32,646 nt of DNA from Alistipes sp. (lineage in GTDB: Bacteria; Bacteroidota; Bacteroidia; Bacteroidales; Rikenellaceae), in the NCBI GenBank assembly GCA_022511355.1, contig JAFLRS010000001.1, positions 1 to 32,646 on the forward strand, in the 5' to 3' direction. A model generated the notes under the pieces. It saw only the letters and a list, made by a program, of their open reading frames with translations. It was not told the DNA's origin and did not search any database. The translations under genes and the position numbers were made by a program. Numbering within the stretch: position 1 is the first letter of the stretch; every line of letters begins with the position of its first letter. Of the stretch, positions 7,732-16,543 are shown piece by piece.

Positions 7732-9951
7732 TTATCGTCCCGATTCATTTATCATCGCCCGCAGACGGCTGTTGAACCCGTCGGCCGCCAGCAGCGACTC
7801 CAAAGTGATATGCATTCGGTAATTCCAGTTCTGGTCGGGATTTGCGGGGTCGTTGATGCGCTCTTCGGCGGGTTCGGCACGACGCAGCGAAGCATCTATC
7901 GAGAGCCAGTCCTGAAGCGGCAGAATCGTCAGCATCGAAGCGCCGTCCAATTCGCGTCGCACGAGCCATTCGCACATTTCGGTCGTACATCCGGCGGGAG
8001 CTTCGCCCTGACGGCCCATAACTCCGTTGTAGTAACGCTGACGGCGTTCGGCATCCTCGCTCCACCACAAACGCAGATTCGACATATCGTGCGTCGAGGG
8101 CGAGCAGACCGAAAAATAGGGATACTCCGCAGGATTTCCGAATTCGCGCCAAGTCTCTTTGGGCATACGTTCGATTTCGAGCGAGAGAATCTGCAATTCG
8201 CGCATAACGTCGGGGACGCAGGCGGGAATCATGCCCAAATCCTCGCCGCACACCAGCATCCGCGTGGACGACACCAGCGGAATCAGTTTGCGGAGAGCTT
8301 CGTTGCGCCACCAGTCGTTGTGACGACGGAAGAAAAATTCGTCATAAAGGCGGTTGTAGGCATCCTTGTCGTTCTGCCACAGAGCGGCATAACATTCGGT
8401 ATGCTGCGCCGCTATGCGAGGATGATAATACCCCTCGCGCTGCGGGTCCTCCACGAACAGCACGTTGTCCGTAACATCGACCGGAGCCGTATGACGCGCA
8501 CGGTCGAAACCGAATCCGTAAGAGCGAATCTCCTCCTCGTTCATCGGCATTGCGGGGTTGAAGTGTCCGAGCAGCGCATTCACCGCATTGCAGGGAATCT
8601 CCCATATGCGGAAGAAACCCAGAATATGGTCGATGCGATAGGCGTCGAAGAAGTCGTTCATCTTTACGAAGCGGGCTTTCCACCACGCATATCCGTCCTC
8701 GGCCATGCGTGTCCAGTCGTAGGTGGGGAATCCCCAGTTCTGACCCGTAACTGCGAAATCGTCGGGCGGAGCTCCTGCCGAAGAGTCCATTCTGAACAGT
8801 TCGGGGGACATCCACGCATCGACGCTCGTGCGGCTTATTCCGATGGGAATATCGCCCTTGAGAATCACGCCGTGTTCATGGGCATAGTTGCGAACCTCGC
8901 GCAGCTGACGGTCGAGATGATACTGAACGAAAAACCAGTAACCGGCATCGGCGGCGTTTTCGGTTATAAACTTCTCTATCTTTTCCGCATCGGCGGCCGC
9001 ATACTCGCCCCACAGAGCGAAGTCGGCAGTGCGGAAGCGGTCGCGCAAAACGCTGAAAGCGGCATAGGGGCACAACCACGAAGCATTCTTCGAGAAGAAT
9101 GCCGCATACTCCGCCGAGGCCAAAGTCGCGGCACCCTGTTCGGCATAGAGGAGTCGCAGATATTCGTGTTTGAGGGCATTGACGCGTTCGTAATCCACCG
9201 CGGGCAGAGCGTTGAGTTCGCGTGCTGCCTTTTCGAAACGTATCTGTGCGGCGGCGCTTTTAAGACGGCCCGCAGCCGAAGGCCGGATATACTGCGGATG
9301 CAGTGCAAAAATGGAGTTGGCCTTGTAGGGATACGATTCGCGCCACGAGCCGCAGCAGGTCGTATCGTTCACGGGCAGAATCTGAATAACGTTCTGACCG
9401 GTCTTCACGGCCCAGTCCACCATCAGTTTGAGGTCGCAGAATTCACCCACGCCGAAACTCTCTTCGGAACGCAGCGAGAAGACGGGAATGGCCGTACCGG
9501 CACCCTTCCACTTCAGCGGATTCACGAACGGTGCGACATCTATGACAAGCACTTCGCCTTCGGGGCGGAAGTAGTCGAAACGTCGGTTCCAGCCCTCCTC
9601 CCATGCGAGCAGATTGCCCGAGAGGCGGTCGGTTACGATGAATTTGTATTCGAAGCTGTCGGGCAGCGAAGCCGCAGGCAGAACGATGCTCCATTCGGGG
9701 AATTTCGAATCGTCGAGGGGCAGAGCGCGTGCCGTGTCCCAATTTCCGAGCAGGTCGCAGCCGCCCGCAATGCGAAGCGTCTGTGCCGGAGTCACCGACG
9801 GTGCCGACACTCTTATCACCACATCGCCGGCAGCCGGTTTCACCTCTGCAGAGGCTGTTCCGCGTCGGGAGAATATAACATCCGTAAATGCCGACGAACC
9901 GAACGCTCTGTCGTTACGGTCGCCGCTTTCGGTTACAATATGTTGTTTCAT
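7732..9951 (-). CDS. malQ: 4-alpha-glucanotransferase GH77 (DPE2-like, one CBM20), cytoplasmic
   Basis: CBM20 (LGNWD..RALPL...FEYKF..WEEG.NR) followed by GH77 motifs AGTAIPVFSLRS, KGDIPIG, GAPPDDF..GQNWGFPTY, RIDHILGFFRIW, CGEDLGM, STHDMS. Start moved from the track's TTG at 10005 to the ATG at 9951 because a consensus promoter occupies 9975-10006. Confidence 0.95.
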   Translation of the reverse strand: MKQHIVTESGDRNDRAFGSSAFTDVIFSRRGTASAEVKPAAGDVVIRVSAPSVTPAQTLRIAGGCDLLGNWDTARALPLDDSKFPEWSIVLPAASLPDSFEYKFIVTDRLSGNLLAWEEGWNRRFDYFRPEGEVLVIDVAPFVNPLKWKGAGTAIPVFSLRSEESFGVGEFCDLKLMVDWAVKTGQNVIQILPVNDTTCCGSWRESYPYKANSIFALHPQYIRPSAAGRLKSAAAQIRFEKAARELNALPAVDYERVNALKHEYLRLLYAEQGAATLASAEYAAFFSKNASWLCPYAAFSVLRDRFRTADFALWGEYAAADAEKIEKFITENAADAGYWFFVQYHLDRQLREVRNYAHEHGVILKGDIPIGISRTSVDAWMSPELFRMDSSAGAPPDDFAVTGQNWGFPTYDWTRMAEDGYAWWKARFVKMNDFFDAYRIDHILGFFRIWEIPCNAVNALLGHFNPAMPMNEEEIRSYGFGFDRARHTAPVDVTDNVLFVEDPQREGYYHPRIAAQHTECYAALWQNDKDAYNRLYDEFFFRRHNDWWRNEALRKLIPLVSSTRMLVCGEDLGMIPACVPDVMRELQILSLEIERMPKETWREFGNPAEYPYFSVCSPSTHDMSNLRLWWSEDAERRQRYYNGVMGRQGEAPAGCTTEMCEWLVRRELDGASMLTILPLQDWLSIDASLRRAEPAEERINDPANPDQNWNYRMHITLESLLAADGFNSRLRAMINESGR

Positions 9952-9974
9952 ATCAATCAGGGTTGTATCAAGTA

Positions 9975-10006
9975 CAAAGATATTATTTTGGCGGCGAAAA
10001 TCCAAA
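9975..10006 (-). promoter_or_regulatory. Internal Bacteroidota primary-sigma promoter for malQ and the M64 gene
   Basis: On the minus strand: TTTG (10006-10003), 20 nt, TATCTTTG (9982-9975). Exact match to TTTG-N19-21-TAnnTTTG. Confidence 0.8.
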
Positions 10007-10008
10007 GG

Positions 10009-11877
10009 TTATCGACGTTTGAACTCCACTACCATCGACTTGCGCGGCCCGACCTTCATCGGTTCGCCCACCGTGACGGACTCTCCCGTCAGCACGTCGC
10101 GGCCGTCGCAGAGCGAATCCGTGATTTCGGCATAGTCGCTCCACGGAATGCTTTTGGCTCCGCGTGAGTTGTTGATATAGACCAGTACGGCATCCGTATC
10201 GTCATAGCGGAAGTAGGCGTAGGTGTTGTCGCGCGTGAGGAAGTGCAGCGTGCGGCCCGAATGTATCACCTTCTTGTTCTTGCGCCAGTTGAACAGACGC
10301 GTCGTATGGTTGTAGACATCGGCGGCACCGCCTTTCAGATTCGACGGCTCGAAGGCGTTGAACTTGTCGCCGCGCCAGCCGCCGGGGAAATCCACACGCA
10401 GACCGCCATGCCCCTGCGACGGGTCGGCCGAAACGAACATCTGCTCGTCGCCGGCGAAAATCTGCGGGATGCCCCTCATCGTGGCCAGCATGGTCATCGC
10501 GAGCTTCACGCGGTCGGGATTGCGGCGCACGACATCGGCTATGCGGTCGGTATCGTGATTGCCGGCGAAAATCATCATGTGCGACAGATCGTTATACACG
10601 AAGTCGTGCGACAGCACGTCGTAAATCTTCACCATGCCGTTGTTCCACTTGAGCGAATCGGTCGGCAGAGCCTGCACCATGGCCTCCTGCAGCGGAAAGT
10701 CCATAATCGAGGGCAGATGCGAATTGAATCCGTCGCGGTTGGGGTTGTCGGCCTGCCAGTAGGCCAGCTGAGCCGACGAACCGGTCCAGCACTCCCCCAC
10801 TATGTTGATGCAGGGATATTCGTCACGCACGGCGCGGCACCACTCCGACATGGGCAGCTTTTCGTTGTAGGGATATGTATCGACACGCAGACCGTCCAAA
10901 TCGGCATACTCTATCCACCATACGGCCCACTGCTTGAAGTATTGCAGCAGGAAAGGATTGTCGAGATTCATGTCGGGCATCGAGACGTCAAACCACCCCT
11001 CCTCGTTGAGTTTGAGGTCGTGCCGCGAGGCATTGGGGTCCATATTCGTCGAGAAGAGGGCGTTGGTGCGCGTAAAGGTGTCGAACTGATGAATCCAGTC
11101 GTTGAAAGGCGGATTCCCGACCCACCAATGCGACAGTCCGCAGTGGTTGGTAACGATGTCCATTATGATTTTCAATCCGCGCGTATGCGCCTGACGCACA
11201 TATTCGCGGTAGAGTTCGTTGGTGCCGAAGCGCGGGTCGATTTTGTAGTAATCGGCGCAGGCGTAGCCGTGATAGGAGTAGAAAGGTTCATCGTCGAGCA
11301 GCAGCGGCGTGGCCCATATCGCAGTGGCACCCGTACCGGCAATGTAGTCGAGATGGTCGATGATGCCCTGAATATCTCCGCCGTGACGGCCCGAAAGATG
11401 ATGCCGTGCCGTCTCCTCCCGCGTGTCGTCGGTCTCGTCGATAGAGGGGTCGCCGTCGGCGAAGCGGTCGGGCATAAGCAGATATATCATATCGGCCGTC
11501 GAGAATCCCTGCCTCTCGCGCGAACCCTCGCGCCGTTCGGCTATCACGTATTCGATAACCGTTTCGGAACCCGTCTCGTCGGTGAGAACCAGACGGTATG
11601 TACCCGCAGCGGCATCGGCATCTATCTCCACATCGGCGAACAGATAGTCGGGACTGTCGGCCCGATGAACGGCCGTCACCCGCAGACCCTCGGTGCCGTC
11701 GGCCGCAGAGAGGCTGCATCCGCCTATGTTTTTGCCGTAAAGCATCAACTGCAACGGCGTATTCATACCCGTCCACCACGACAGCGGTTCCACGCGTTCT
11801 ACGCGTCCGTTGTTTGCAAATGCGCTCACCGTCATACTCAATACCGCAACGACAGACAGCAATCTTCTGACAATCAT
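10009..11877 (-). CDS. susA: GH13 neopullulanase/cyclomaltodextrinase, SusA-like, periplasmic
   Basis: 622 aa. SPI signal, N-domain VEPLSWWTGM..PLQLMLYG, YLLMPDRFADGD, DIVTNH, DGLRVDTYPY, IVGECW, GNHDTDR. Confidence 0.9.
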   Translation of the reverse strand: MIVRRLLSVVAVLSMTVSAFANNGRVERVEPLSWWTGMNTPLQLMLYGKNIGGCSLSAADGTEGLRVTAVHRADSPDYLFADVEIDADAAAGTYRLVLTDETGSETVIEYVIAERREGSRERQGFSTADMIYLLMPDRFADGDPSIDETDDTREETARHHLSGRHGGDIQGIIDHLDYIAGTGATAIWATPLLLDDEPFYSYHGYACADYYKIDPRFGTNELYREYVRQAHTRGLKIIMDIVTNHCGLSHWWVGNPPFNDWIHQFDTFTRTNALFSTNMDPNASRHDLKLNEEGWFDVSMPDMNLDNPFLLQYFKQWAVWWIEYADLDGLRVDTYPYNEKLPMSEWCRAVRDEYPCINIVGECWTGSSAQLAYWQADNPNRDGFNSHLPSIMDFPLQEAMVQALPTDSLKWNNGMVKIYDVLSHDFVYNDLSHMMIFAGNHDTDRIADVVRRNPDRVKLAMTMLATMRGIPQIFAGDEQMFVSADPSQGHGGLRVDFPGGWRGDKFNAFEPSNLKGGAADVYNHTTRLFNWRKNKKVIHSGRTLHFLTRDNTYAYFRYDDTDAVLVYINNSRGAKSIPWSDYAEITDSLCDGRDVLTGESVTVGEPMKVGPRKSMVVEFKRR

Positions 11878-11894
11878 CCCGAAACGTGCTTATT

Positions 11895-13181
11895 CTATTT
11901 AACGCTCAGTATCATGTATCCCCACGGATTAAGGCTGAATTCGGTATTGTCGCCCATAGCCGTGAAATTTACGGCCTCGTCCGAGAGGTTGAACATACAC
12001 AGCACACTGTCATCGCCCTTCGTGCGGGTAAATGCCAGCGTATTTTCGGGTACTCCTTCAACGTATTCGAACTTGCCGCCGCGCTCTCCGGACTCAAGTG
12101 CGGGATGTGCATGACGCACAGCGCACAACCACTTGTAGAACTCGGTGTATTCGTTGGGTTCGAGCGAGGGCAGCGGGTCGGCCTCGAAGAATTCGAAACG
12201 ATGGTCGTAACCCACCTCCTGACCGGTATAAATCAGCGGCTGTCCGTTGGGAAGCACGAATGTGAGAGCGGCCATGCACTTCACGGCATCGCCCATGCGT
12301 TCGAATTCGGTACCGTTCCACGAATTTTCATCATGATTGGAGGTGAACATCAGTCGGAAAGCCTCGTGCGGAGTATCGACCGCATCGCGGGCTATATACT
12401 CCTTGAGGTCGGCTGCTCCCTTTTCGCCCTGCGCGATGTCGTTGAGCAGATGATGCAGCTCCCATGCATACGAAGCGTCAAAAGCCTCGATATGCAGTTC
12501 GGGTTTCTCGCCCTCGGCCAGCAGATAGAGGTCGGGATTGACTTTGCGCAGCTCGGCGAATGCGTGACGCCAGAAGTCTATCGGAATTTCGCCCGCAACG
12601 TCGCAGCGGAAACCGTCCACACCCTTGTTCACCCAGAAGAGCATCGATTCGAGCATCGCCTCGCGCATATCTTCGCAATCGTAGTTGAGTTTGGCTATGT
12701 CGGTCCAGTCATACTGCACCACGGGTTCGCCGTTCTCGTCGCGGACATACCACTCGGCAGGCTTGCCCTCTATCCACAGCGCATCGGGCGAGGTATGGTT
12801 GGCCACCCAGTCCAGAATCACGCGCAAACCGAGCCGGTGAGCCTCGGCGAGGAACGATTCGAAATCGGTCATCGTTCCGAATTCGGGATTGATGTCGCAG
12901 TAGTTCGAAATCGCGTAATAGGAGCCGAGCGTACCTTTGCGGCCCTTTTCGCCTATCGGATAGGGCGGCATCACCCACACTATATCGACACCCATATCCT
13001 TGAGTGCGGGCAGATAGGCTTCGGCGGCCGCGAACGAATGTTCGGGCGTAAGCTGACGCACATTAAGCTCGTAGACCACCGTATTGTAACTCCATTCGGG
13101 GTGAGCCGGATGTCGGGCGGCATCTCTGCCGCAGCTCCAGAGCAGCATCGCGCCGAGGAGCAGAGTGAAAATCTTTTTCAT
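11895..13181 (-). CDS. GH13 alpha-amylase family lipoprotein
   Basis: 428 aa. Lipobox LWSC, YELNVRQ, LGSYYAISNY, DWVANH, GVDGFRCDVA, LAEGE, FTSNHDEN. Confidence 0.92.
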   Translation of the reverse strand: MKKIFTLLLGAMLLWSCGRDAARHPAHPEWSYNTVVYELNVRQLTPEHSFAAAEAYLPALKDMGVDIVWVMPPYPIGEKGRKGTLGSYYAISNYCDINPEFGTMTDFESFLAEAHRLGLRVILDWVANHTSPDALWIEGKPAEWYVRDENGEPVVQYDWTDIAKLNYDCEDMREAMLESMLFWVNKGVDGFRCDVAGEIPIDFWRHAFAELRKVNPDLYLLAEGEKPELHIEAFDASYAWELHHLLNDIAQGEKGAADLKEYIARDAVDTPHEAFRLMFTSNHDENSWNGTEFERMGDAVKCMAALTFVLPNGQPLIYTGQEVGYDHRFEFFEADPLPSLEPNEYTEFYKWLCAVRHAHPALESGERGGKFEYVEGVPENTLAFTRTKGDDSVLCMFNLSDEAVNFTAMGDNTEFSLNPWGYMILSVK

Positions 13182-13203
13182 CGTATTGACCGTTTTGTAT
13201 TTT

Positions 13204-15300
13204 CTAATTGAACTCTATGATATTGAACGAATTGCCATCCAATCCGATTCGCAGCGTTCCGTCGCTTTCGAGAGTCTCGCTGCCCGCAAAATGCAGATGT
13301 GCCGGCGGAGATATCCGCAGAGAGTCGGGAACACGTATTTCGACGGTTCGGCTCTCGGGCGAATTGTTGAACGCCGCCACCACGCACTTGCCCATGTAGA
13401 CGCGGGCGAAGACCCACACATCGCGGTCCGACGCAAGCGGCACCATATCGCCGTAGAGCAGCGGCATCGAGGAGCGTCGCAAAGCCGTCAGAGCCTTCAC
13501 CTTCCCGCGCAGAGCCTTTTCGTCGTCGTTGTATCCGTCGAAAGCCATCATGCGTCTGTTGTCGGGGTCGTTGGCTCCCGGCACTCCGTATTCGTCGCCC
13601 TGGTAGAAGCACGGAACACCCGGAATGGTGCATATCATCGCCTCCAGCAGTGCCAGTTTGCTGTAACCCACAGGGTCGCCTACCCCTATTTCGCGCCGCC
13701 AACCCGCCAATTTGGTATCTTCGGACGGGTCCACCGCTCCGCCCGCAACCGATATGAAGCGGGGTTTGTCGTGGTTGCCCGTAATGTTGCCCATCGTGTG
13801 ATGCGAGCCGTAATTGGCCGCCGACTCCGCAACCGTGCGCGCAATCTCCGACATATCGCCGTTCGAAGCCAGCACGTCGATTGCCGTGTGGTAGAAGTTG
13901 AAGTCGAACTGCGCGTCTATCATTCCCGTCTTCACGTAGGAGCCTATGAGTTCGGGCGAACCGTAGGTTTCGCCTATCTGCCACAGAGCCCGGTCGGGGA
14001 AACGACGCTTCATTTTGCGGCAGAGCATTCGCCAGTAGTTCTCGGGGATATGCTTGCAGGCGTCGTGACGGAAGCCGTCGAAATCGTACTCGGCAATCCA
14101 GTAGAGAGCCGAATCGGTCAGCGGTTCGCAAATCTCGTCGCGTTCGAGGTCGAGGGTCGGGATGTGAACGTCGAACCACGTGGTAAGACGCTGTTCGTCC
14201 CACAGCTCCAGATTGCGTCGGCCGTCGGGCAGATACATCGAAGTGGTCCAGTCGGGATGCGCCTTCAGAACCGGAGAGTCGATGTGCATATGGTTGGCCA
14301 CATAGTCGAGCACGACATTCAAATCGCGGGCATGAGCCGCATCCAGCAATTCGCGCAACTCGGCATCGGTACCGAAACGGGTGTCTATCTGCGTGAGATA
14401 TATGGGCCAGTAGCCGTGATAACCCGAGAATCGGGTGAACGGGTCGGCATTCAGACCCCATGCATCAAAGGGATTCTGGGTAACGGGCGAAATCCACACC
14501 GTCGATATCCCCAACTCGTTGAAGAAACCTTCGTTAATCTTGTCGGTGATGCCCTTGAGGTCGCCGCCGTAATAATCGACTTTGGGCAGGACATCCTCAC
14601 GATTGAGAGGACGGTCGTTGTCGGGATTTCCGTTCGCGAAACGGTCTATCATCAGCGAATACAGCACCTGCGTATGCGCGTCATGACGATTCAGTTCGCG
14701 GGCATCGGCAACCGCACGGCCATACTTCAGCGGAATCAGAATATCGTTGTAGAGCCCCTCTTCGCCGGCGGCATACACCCTTATAAACGAACGTTCGAGC
14801 GAAGCCGCATCATGCGGAACCGCCACTGCAAAACCTCCGTTGCACCGCACGACCGAACTTTCGGGCAGACGGCAGTTCTGCCACATGGCCTCGATTTCGA
14901 CCGGTTCGCCGTCGGCGGCCACCGTTATCATACCCGACTCGAGACCTGTCGTAAACATATTCTTCGAGTCGTCGCGCCGGCCCTCCAGAACCGTCACCGA
15001 CACGCATCGGCCGTCGCGCCACACCTCGAGCGTCGAGACCGACGGACAGCCGCGTCCCTCGATGTCGAACTCGCTCCAGTCGGCCGCGGCATTGCTCAGC
15101 ACCGCTCCGACCGAAGTCACCGAATCGGCACCGTCCCACTGCGGAAGGTAGTCGGTAAGAAAAACGTGCTGAACTCCGCTCTTGAGCCGCAACGGATAGA
15201 TGGGCGCACCGTCACCCTGCGGGGCGGCATTGTCAAACAGCCTCTCGCGGCAGCAGGCGGCGGCAGTCACGACCGCAAAGAGCAAAAAGAGTCTCTTCAT
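13204..15300 (-). CDS. GH13 alpha-amylase/neopullulanase-like lipoprotein with uncharacterised N-terminal region
   Basis: Start reassigned to ATG 15300 (MKRLFLLFAVVTAAACC, lipoprotein signal). Motifs YSLMIDRFANGN, YHGYWP, DYVANH, FDGFRHDACKH, IGETYG, GNHDKPRF. Confidence 0.9.
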   Translation of the reverse strand: MKRLFLLFAVVTAAACCRERLFDNAAPQGDGAPIYPLRLKSGVQHVFLTDYLPQWDGADSVTSVGAVLSNAAADWSEFDIEGRGCPSVSTLEVWRDGRCVSVTVLEGRRDDSKNMFTTGLESGMITVAADGEPVEIEAMWQNCRLPESSVVRCNGGFAVAVPHDAASLERSFIRVYAAGEEGLYNDILIPLKYGRAVADARELNRHDAHTQVLYSLMIDRFANGNPDNDRPLNREDVLPKVDYYGGDLKGITDKINEGFFNELGISTVWISPVTQNPFDAWGLNADPFTRFSGYHGYWPIYLTQIDTRFGTDAELRELLDAAHARDLNVVLDYVANHMHIDSPVLKAHPDWTTSMYLPDGRRNLELWDEQRLTTWFDVHIPTLDLERDEICEPLTDSALYWIAEYDFDGFRHDACKHIPENYWRMLCRKMKRRFPDRALWQIGETYGSPELIGSYVKTGMIDAQFDFNFYHTAIDVLASNGDMSEIARTVAESAANYGSHHTMGNITGNHDKPRFISVAGGAVDPSEDTKLAGWRREIGVGDPVGYSKLALLEAMICTIPGVPCFYQGDEYGVPGANDPDNRRMMAFDGYNDDEKALRGKVKALTALRRSSMPLLYGDMVPLASDRDVWVFARVYMGKCVVAAFNNSPESRTVEIRVPDSLRISPPAHLHFAGSETLESDGTLRIGLDGNSFNIIEFN

Positions 15301-15316
15301 AATGCAAATATATCTA

Positions 15317-16543
15317 TTATTCGGCAACGTCGAGCATCCAGTCGATGCCCTCGTGCAGTTTGTTGTTGTCGCTGAAGTCCCAGTAGGAGTTGTTCTCCCA
15401 CGTCGAACCGTGCGCCCAGTCGGCCGGATAGGTGTAGATGTTGTTCGAGGGCAGCGATTCGGTGCCCCACGTGATGACTCCGAGACCGCCGGCATTCTTA
15501 ACCTCTTCGGCGAGCTGTCGCAGCCATTCGCGCTGCGCCGCGGGCGAAGTGTTCAATGACGTCTGCTCTTTCCATGCCGGATAGTTGTAGGAGTTGTTGC
15601 AGTTGTCGCCGCGGTCGTGAATGAACGTATAGGCCGTTTCGAGTACCATGAAGCCGCAGCCCTTGTTCTTGAGAGCCGAACATATTCCGCTGAATGAGGC
15701 ATAGCTGCCCGAACCCATCTTGTGGGAGATGCCCTCGCCCGGATACCACGACACGCCCACCATATCGTAATCGGTGCAGCCGTACTTCTCCAAATCGCGC
15801 ATATACCACTCTATCTCGGAGGGTCCTGCCACGTGCAGCAGCGACTTGACTTCGGGATTGCAGAGTTCGGCATATTCGCGCACCGCCTTCAGACCCGCAT
15901 TGAGGTTCGAAGCCTGACGGCTCATATCCCACCGATAGTTGTTCACCGGAGCCAGAAACTCCACATTGAGTTCGTTGCCCACGGCCACCACGCGCGGAAA
16001 TATACCCTCCTGCGCCAGTCTGTAAAGCACGTCCAACACCCAGTCGTGCAGACGGCGGTTAATCTGTTCCGTGCTGAGCGTCTGCCAATCTCTCGGCAGA
16101 CGGTTGTGGTCGGTCGATTGCCCGTCGTGATAGATGTCGGCATCGGGTTTGAGCGTCAGCATGATGTCCAATCCGCACGCACGAGCCTTTTTGGCATCGG
16201 CCAGCACGCGTTTGTAGGTCGCCCAGTCGATGGACGCGCCGTTATAGGAGGTGTACCGCGAAAAATCTTCGTAGTTGAGCTGCAAACGCACGATATTGGC
16301 TCCGTGCCGTTTCATAAGTTCATAGGGGTCGGCGGCCGTTCCGTCCGTGTCGCGGTAGACAAGCCCCGCATCCTGCTCGTAGCTTGCAAAACACATCGTG
16401 GAACCCTTCATGAATCCCTCCGAGAAGTAGCCCGGAAACTCTATCGGCTCATACGACTGACTCTTCTTTCCGTCGCCGCCGTCCTCCTTGTCGCAGGCCG
16501 CGAACGCAGCCAGACCGAGAAGTGCTAAAAATATCTTTTTCAT
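15317..16543 (-). CDS. GH53-like (endo-beta-1,4-galactanase fold, clan GH-A) lipoprotein, divergent
   Basis: Start reassigned to ATG 16543 (MKKIFLALLGLAAFAAC). GANIVRL, AKKARACGL, VAVGNELN (acid/base), DMVGVSWYP, MVLETAY (nucleophile), GSTWENN. ATGA overlap with the upstream stop. Confidence 0.8.
   Translation of the reverse strand: MKKIFLALLGLAAFAACDKEDGGDGKKSQSYEPIEFPGYFSEGFMKGSTMCFASYEQDAGLVYRDTDGTAADPYELMKRHGANIVRLQLNYEDFSRYTSYNGASIDWATYKRVLADAKKARACGLDIMLTLKPDADIYHDGQSTDHNRLPRDWQTLSTEQINRRLHDWVLDVLYRLAQEGIFPRVVAVGNELNVEFLAPVNNYRWDMSRQASNLNAGLKAVREYAELCNPEVKSLLHVAGPSEIEWYMRDLEKYGCTDYDMVGVSWYPGEGISHKMGSGSYASFSGICSALKNKGCGFMVLETAYTFIHDRGDNCNNSYNYPAWKEQTSLNTSPAAQREWLRQLAEEVKNAGGLGVITWGTESLPSNNIYTYPADWAHGSTWENNSYWDFSDNNKLHEGIDWMLDVAE

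Noticed and set aside
15301-15495. Extended N-termini in the ORF track (starts at 15495, 16600, 10005, 27593, 27518)
   Set aside because: Downstream ATGs give proper signal peptides or sit just after consensus promoters, and most extensions overlap neighbouring genes or promoters.
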